Positions 61,026 to 64,000 of a stretch of 64,000 nucleotides of DNA are shown one piece after another; within the stretch, counting starts at the first letter, position 1, and the number at the start of each line of letters is the position of its first letter. Source of the stretch: Octopus sinensis. Lineage: Eukaryota. The notes beneath the pieces were generated by a model, which saw nothing but the letters and a program-made list of their open reading frames with translations, was not told the DNA's origin and did not search any database. The DNA is taken from positions 51,088,001-51,152,000 of the forward strand of contig NC_043010.1 in assembly GCF_006345805.1 (NCBI RefSeq), read 5' to 3'. The position numbers were made by a program, and so were the translations under genes.

Positions 61026-61366
61026 ATGGTAGAGGTGTCAGTGAAGAATTAAATGAAAGGAGGAAAAGAACAAAAATATTTTATTTAATCCAAAAACATT
61101 TCGCAAATTTCGTTTTTACAAAATAGTCGCACTTTTTGTTTAAACCATTTAAAGAAAGTAAAAAACAATTAATTCTTAAAACAATTCACTAATTAGCCAT
61201 TATATTTCTTGATTATTGATGAATGATATAAGATTCAAGGAGTGACTATGTGGCGAGAAGTTTTGTTTCCCAACCACATGGTTCCAGGTTCAGTCCCACT
61301 GCATGGCTGACCAAAACCTTGTGAGTGGATTTGATAGACAGAAACTGAAAGAAGCCTGTCATATAT

Positions 61367-62524
61367 GAAAATAAGACCTAACCAGAAAATAAGCATGATT
61401 TTTCAGGATGATTTTAATATAAGCCCTTCCCTTAAAATAAGCCCTAGTTGAGAGCAGTGTGGAAATTTTGTGAAACTCAGCCTACAAGAGATCATGACTT
61501 GGGTGACGAATTCATGGAACAAAATCACAGATAGCTGTGTTGCCAAAACACTTCAAGCAGGCTGCCTGGACAAGAACTTTTCATTCAATGAGACCTCTAC
61601 AACAGAACATGAGAGATTGGGGATGAAAGTTTTGCAGGAAATGGAGTCATACGAAAACTCTGCAGGAATTTTTGAATCTGGTGATTTGCAGAACAAATAT
61701 ATTCCAGAGGACCGTTTTTAAATAAATTGTTGTTAATGACACTTACTTGCTTACTTGTAACGGCGTTCACCCAGGGCGGGTTGAGCCGGCTTCTTCTCTG
61801 GTCCTAATGGCATCACGAACCATGGCGGCCCACACTCGATGGTCCTGTGCGAGATCACTGGAGATAGCAGGCCATTCGCGGTTCCATCTGCGCAGACTGA
61901 CCACCTGTGAACTTGAGAGTTCGGAGAGGTCCTCCTTTATCGTCGTTGCCCAGGTCTTCAGCTGCCCACTCGTGCATTTGCACCAGCTGGGAAGTGGAGG
62001 TGGGAGGAGGACATTGTGAATCAGCTCACCCTCTGGACACCAGGCCACATGACCGGACCACCTTAAGAACCGTTGTAGAAGCACCAAAGGGAGGGGCCGG
62101 AGATTCAGGCGATGATGAAGACCAGCTGTAGGAACCTGATCAATGTGTTGTCAGCGAAGAATGCGGTGGACACAGTCATTATCGAACACCTCCAGCCTTC
62201 GCTGATTGACTACCCTCATAGGCCATATTTCACAACCATAGAGGAGAATAGTACGAACGATGGCCTGGTAGATTCGCCCTTTGGTCACCGAGGAGATCTC
62301 CTCGGTGACCAAAGGGTGATCTTGTTAATGAGAGCTTGAGTAAAAGAACATGTAAATCATCAAATAAATGTAGATCGTTTTTCATAATTTCTGTATATTT
62401 AGTAATTTTGTAAAGTCGTTCTTTTGGTACATGAAAAAAATATGAACTCACCTAGAAACAAGCCCTAGGGCATCATTTTGGAGTAGAAATTAAAATAAGC
62501 AGTCTTATTTTCGGGGAAACACGG
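61367..62524 (+). mobile_element. pogo/Tigger-like DNA transposon remnant
   Basis: Right TIR GTCTTATTTTCGGGGAAACACGG; truncated left TIR GAAAATAAGAC; transposase C-terminal relic LSLQEIMTWVTNSWNKITDSCVAK (61470-61721). Confidence 0.75.
61740..62321 (-). mobile_element. 5'-truncated RTE LINE inserted in the pogo element
   Basis: LRWSGHVA...GQLKTWATTIKEDL...LAQDHRVWAAMVRDA; CAAGTAAG-type tail; 10-bp TSD TTGTTAATGA. Confidence 0.85.
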
Positions 62525-63146
62525 TGTATATATGTATATGTCTATGTGTGTGTGTCTTTGTGTCTGTGTTTGTCCCCTGCCACTGATTGACAACTGGTGT
62601 TGGTGTGTTTACGTCCCTGTAACTTGGCAGTTTGGCAAAAGTGACTGATAGAATAAGTACTAGGCTTAAAAAATAAGTCCTGGGGTTGATTTGTTCAACT
62701 AAAATCCTCTAAAGAGGTGCCCCAGCAAGGCCACAATCAAATGACTAAAAGAAGTAAAAGAAAAAAGATAAACATCAAAGACACTTTGCCCCTCAGACAA
62801 ACTGCAGGAGCTACTCTTTTGAATCCATAGCAATGCCAGAAACCCTTCCATATCATCAGTAGGTTTCTCAGGGTCGCGAGCATTCAGATCAATAACAAAA
62901 ATCAATAATTAGAAATATTCAAATCTTCAAAAATATCCAGTATTGTATGAATGAATGAATGAGAAAAGAAATAGCAGTTATAACAATCCTATCTACTATA
63001 AGCGCAAGGCCTGAAATTTTTGTGGGGAGAGAGAGCTAGTTGATTCCATTAAGCCCAGTACTTGAAGAATTGCAAGTATTTTATCAACCACTGAAAGGAT
63101 GAAAGGCAAAGTTGATCACAGCAGAATTTAAGCTCAGAAGATATAG

Positions 63147-63259
63147 AAAGAAGAAGAAGAAGAAGAAGAAGAAGAAGAAGAAGAAGAAGAAGAAGAAGAA
63201 GAAGAAGAAGAAGAAGAAGGTGGTGGTGGTGGTGGTGTTGGTGGTGGTGTTGGTGGTGG

Positions 63260-63301
<42 letters not shown>

Positions 63302-63345
63302 CAACGACGACGACGATGACGACAACGACAACAACAACAATGATA
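63147..63345. repeat. Compound microsatellite (AAG)n(GGT)n(GAT)n(GAC/AAC)n
   Basis: Directly visible, adjoining a family B SINE fragment. Confidence 0.9.
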
Positions 63346-64000
63346 ATAATCCTTCCTAGTAAGAGTACAAGGCTTGAAATTTCGAGGGAGAAGGCAAGTC
63401 AATTACATCAACCCTAGTTTTCAGTTGGTACTTGTTTTATCAGCCCCAAAAGGGTGAAAGGCAAAGTTGACCTCAGCAGAATTTGAACTCAGAACATGAA
63501 GATGACGAAATAACACCAAGCATTTTGCCTGGTATGCTAATGATTTTTGTCACCTCACCCCCATGGCAGAATTGTTAGCATGCCAGGTAAAATGCTTAGC
63601 AGTATTTTCTCCATCTTTACATTCTGAGCTCAAGGTCAACTTTACCTGTCACGTATTTGGGGTTGATAAAATTTTTACATCTATTACATTTTACAATTTT
63701 TACATCTAAGTTGCAGGCATGGCTGTGTGGTAAAAAGGTTGCTTTCTAACCACAGAATTTCAGGTTCAATCCCACTACATGATACCTTGGGAAAGTATCT
63801 TCTGCTATAGCCCCAGGCAAACCAAAAGCTTTGTGGAGTGGATGTGGTAGATGGAAACTGAAAGAAGCTTGTTGGGTATATATGTATGCAAGTTAGAGCT
63901 TGCATTAATAGTACCATTTGTATGGATAGTAAAGACCAAAGGATTGTTACTCCTTCAGTTTCATACCAGTTTTCTCTATGTTCTGCATTATACCATCTGC

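Noticed and set aside
62699-62905. 68-aa ORF (DLNARDPEKPTDDMEGF...) as an exon
   Set aside because: No acceptor, it runs into a SINE tail, and no recognisable motif.

Overview
AT-rich, microsatellite-dense animal genomic DNA; the repeat landscape suggests an octopus/coleoid cephalopod (inference). Two spliced protein genes lie on the minus strand. (1) A meiotic kleisin REC8: ATG at 32141, 14 phase-consistent GT-AG coding exons down to 3639 (463 codons), with the C-terminal winged-helix exons not found and probably beyond base 1. (2) The last six exons of a degenerate EF-hand protein resembling vertebrate C1orf87 (57114 to stop at 47279). The introns hold tRNA-derived SINEs, RTE and CR1/L2 LINE ends, hAT, piggyBac and pogo elements, and Helitron/Helentron-like elements. 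The most striking hidden signal is about eight sequence-distinct type I hammerhead-ribozyme motif families (about 12 copies, both strands). Most have a minimal palindromic stem III and sit in short, often fold-back termini inserted at (TA)n tracts, the architecture known for Penelope-like retroelement terminal repeats. One family carries a G3:C8-swapped core, and intact copies lie in the sense orientation of REC8 introns. Also present: a TIR element filled with telomere-like (CCCTAA)n, multimeric SINEs, and an 823-bp tandem/inverted amplification.
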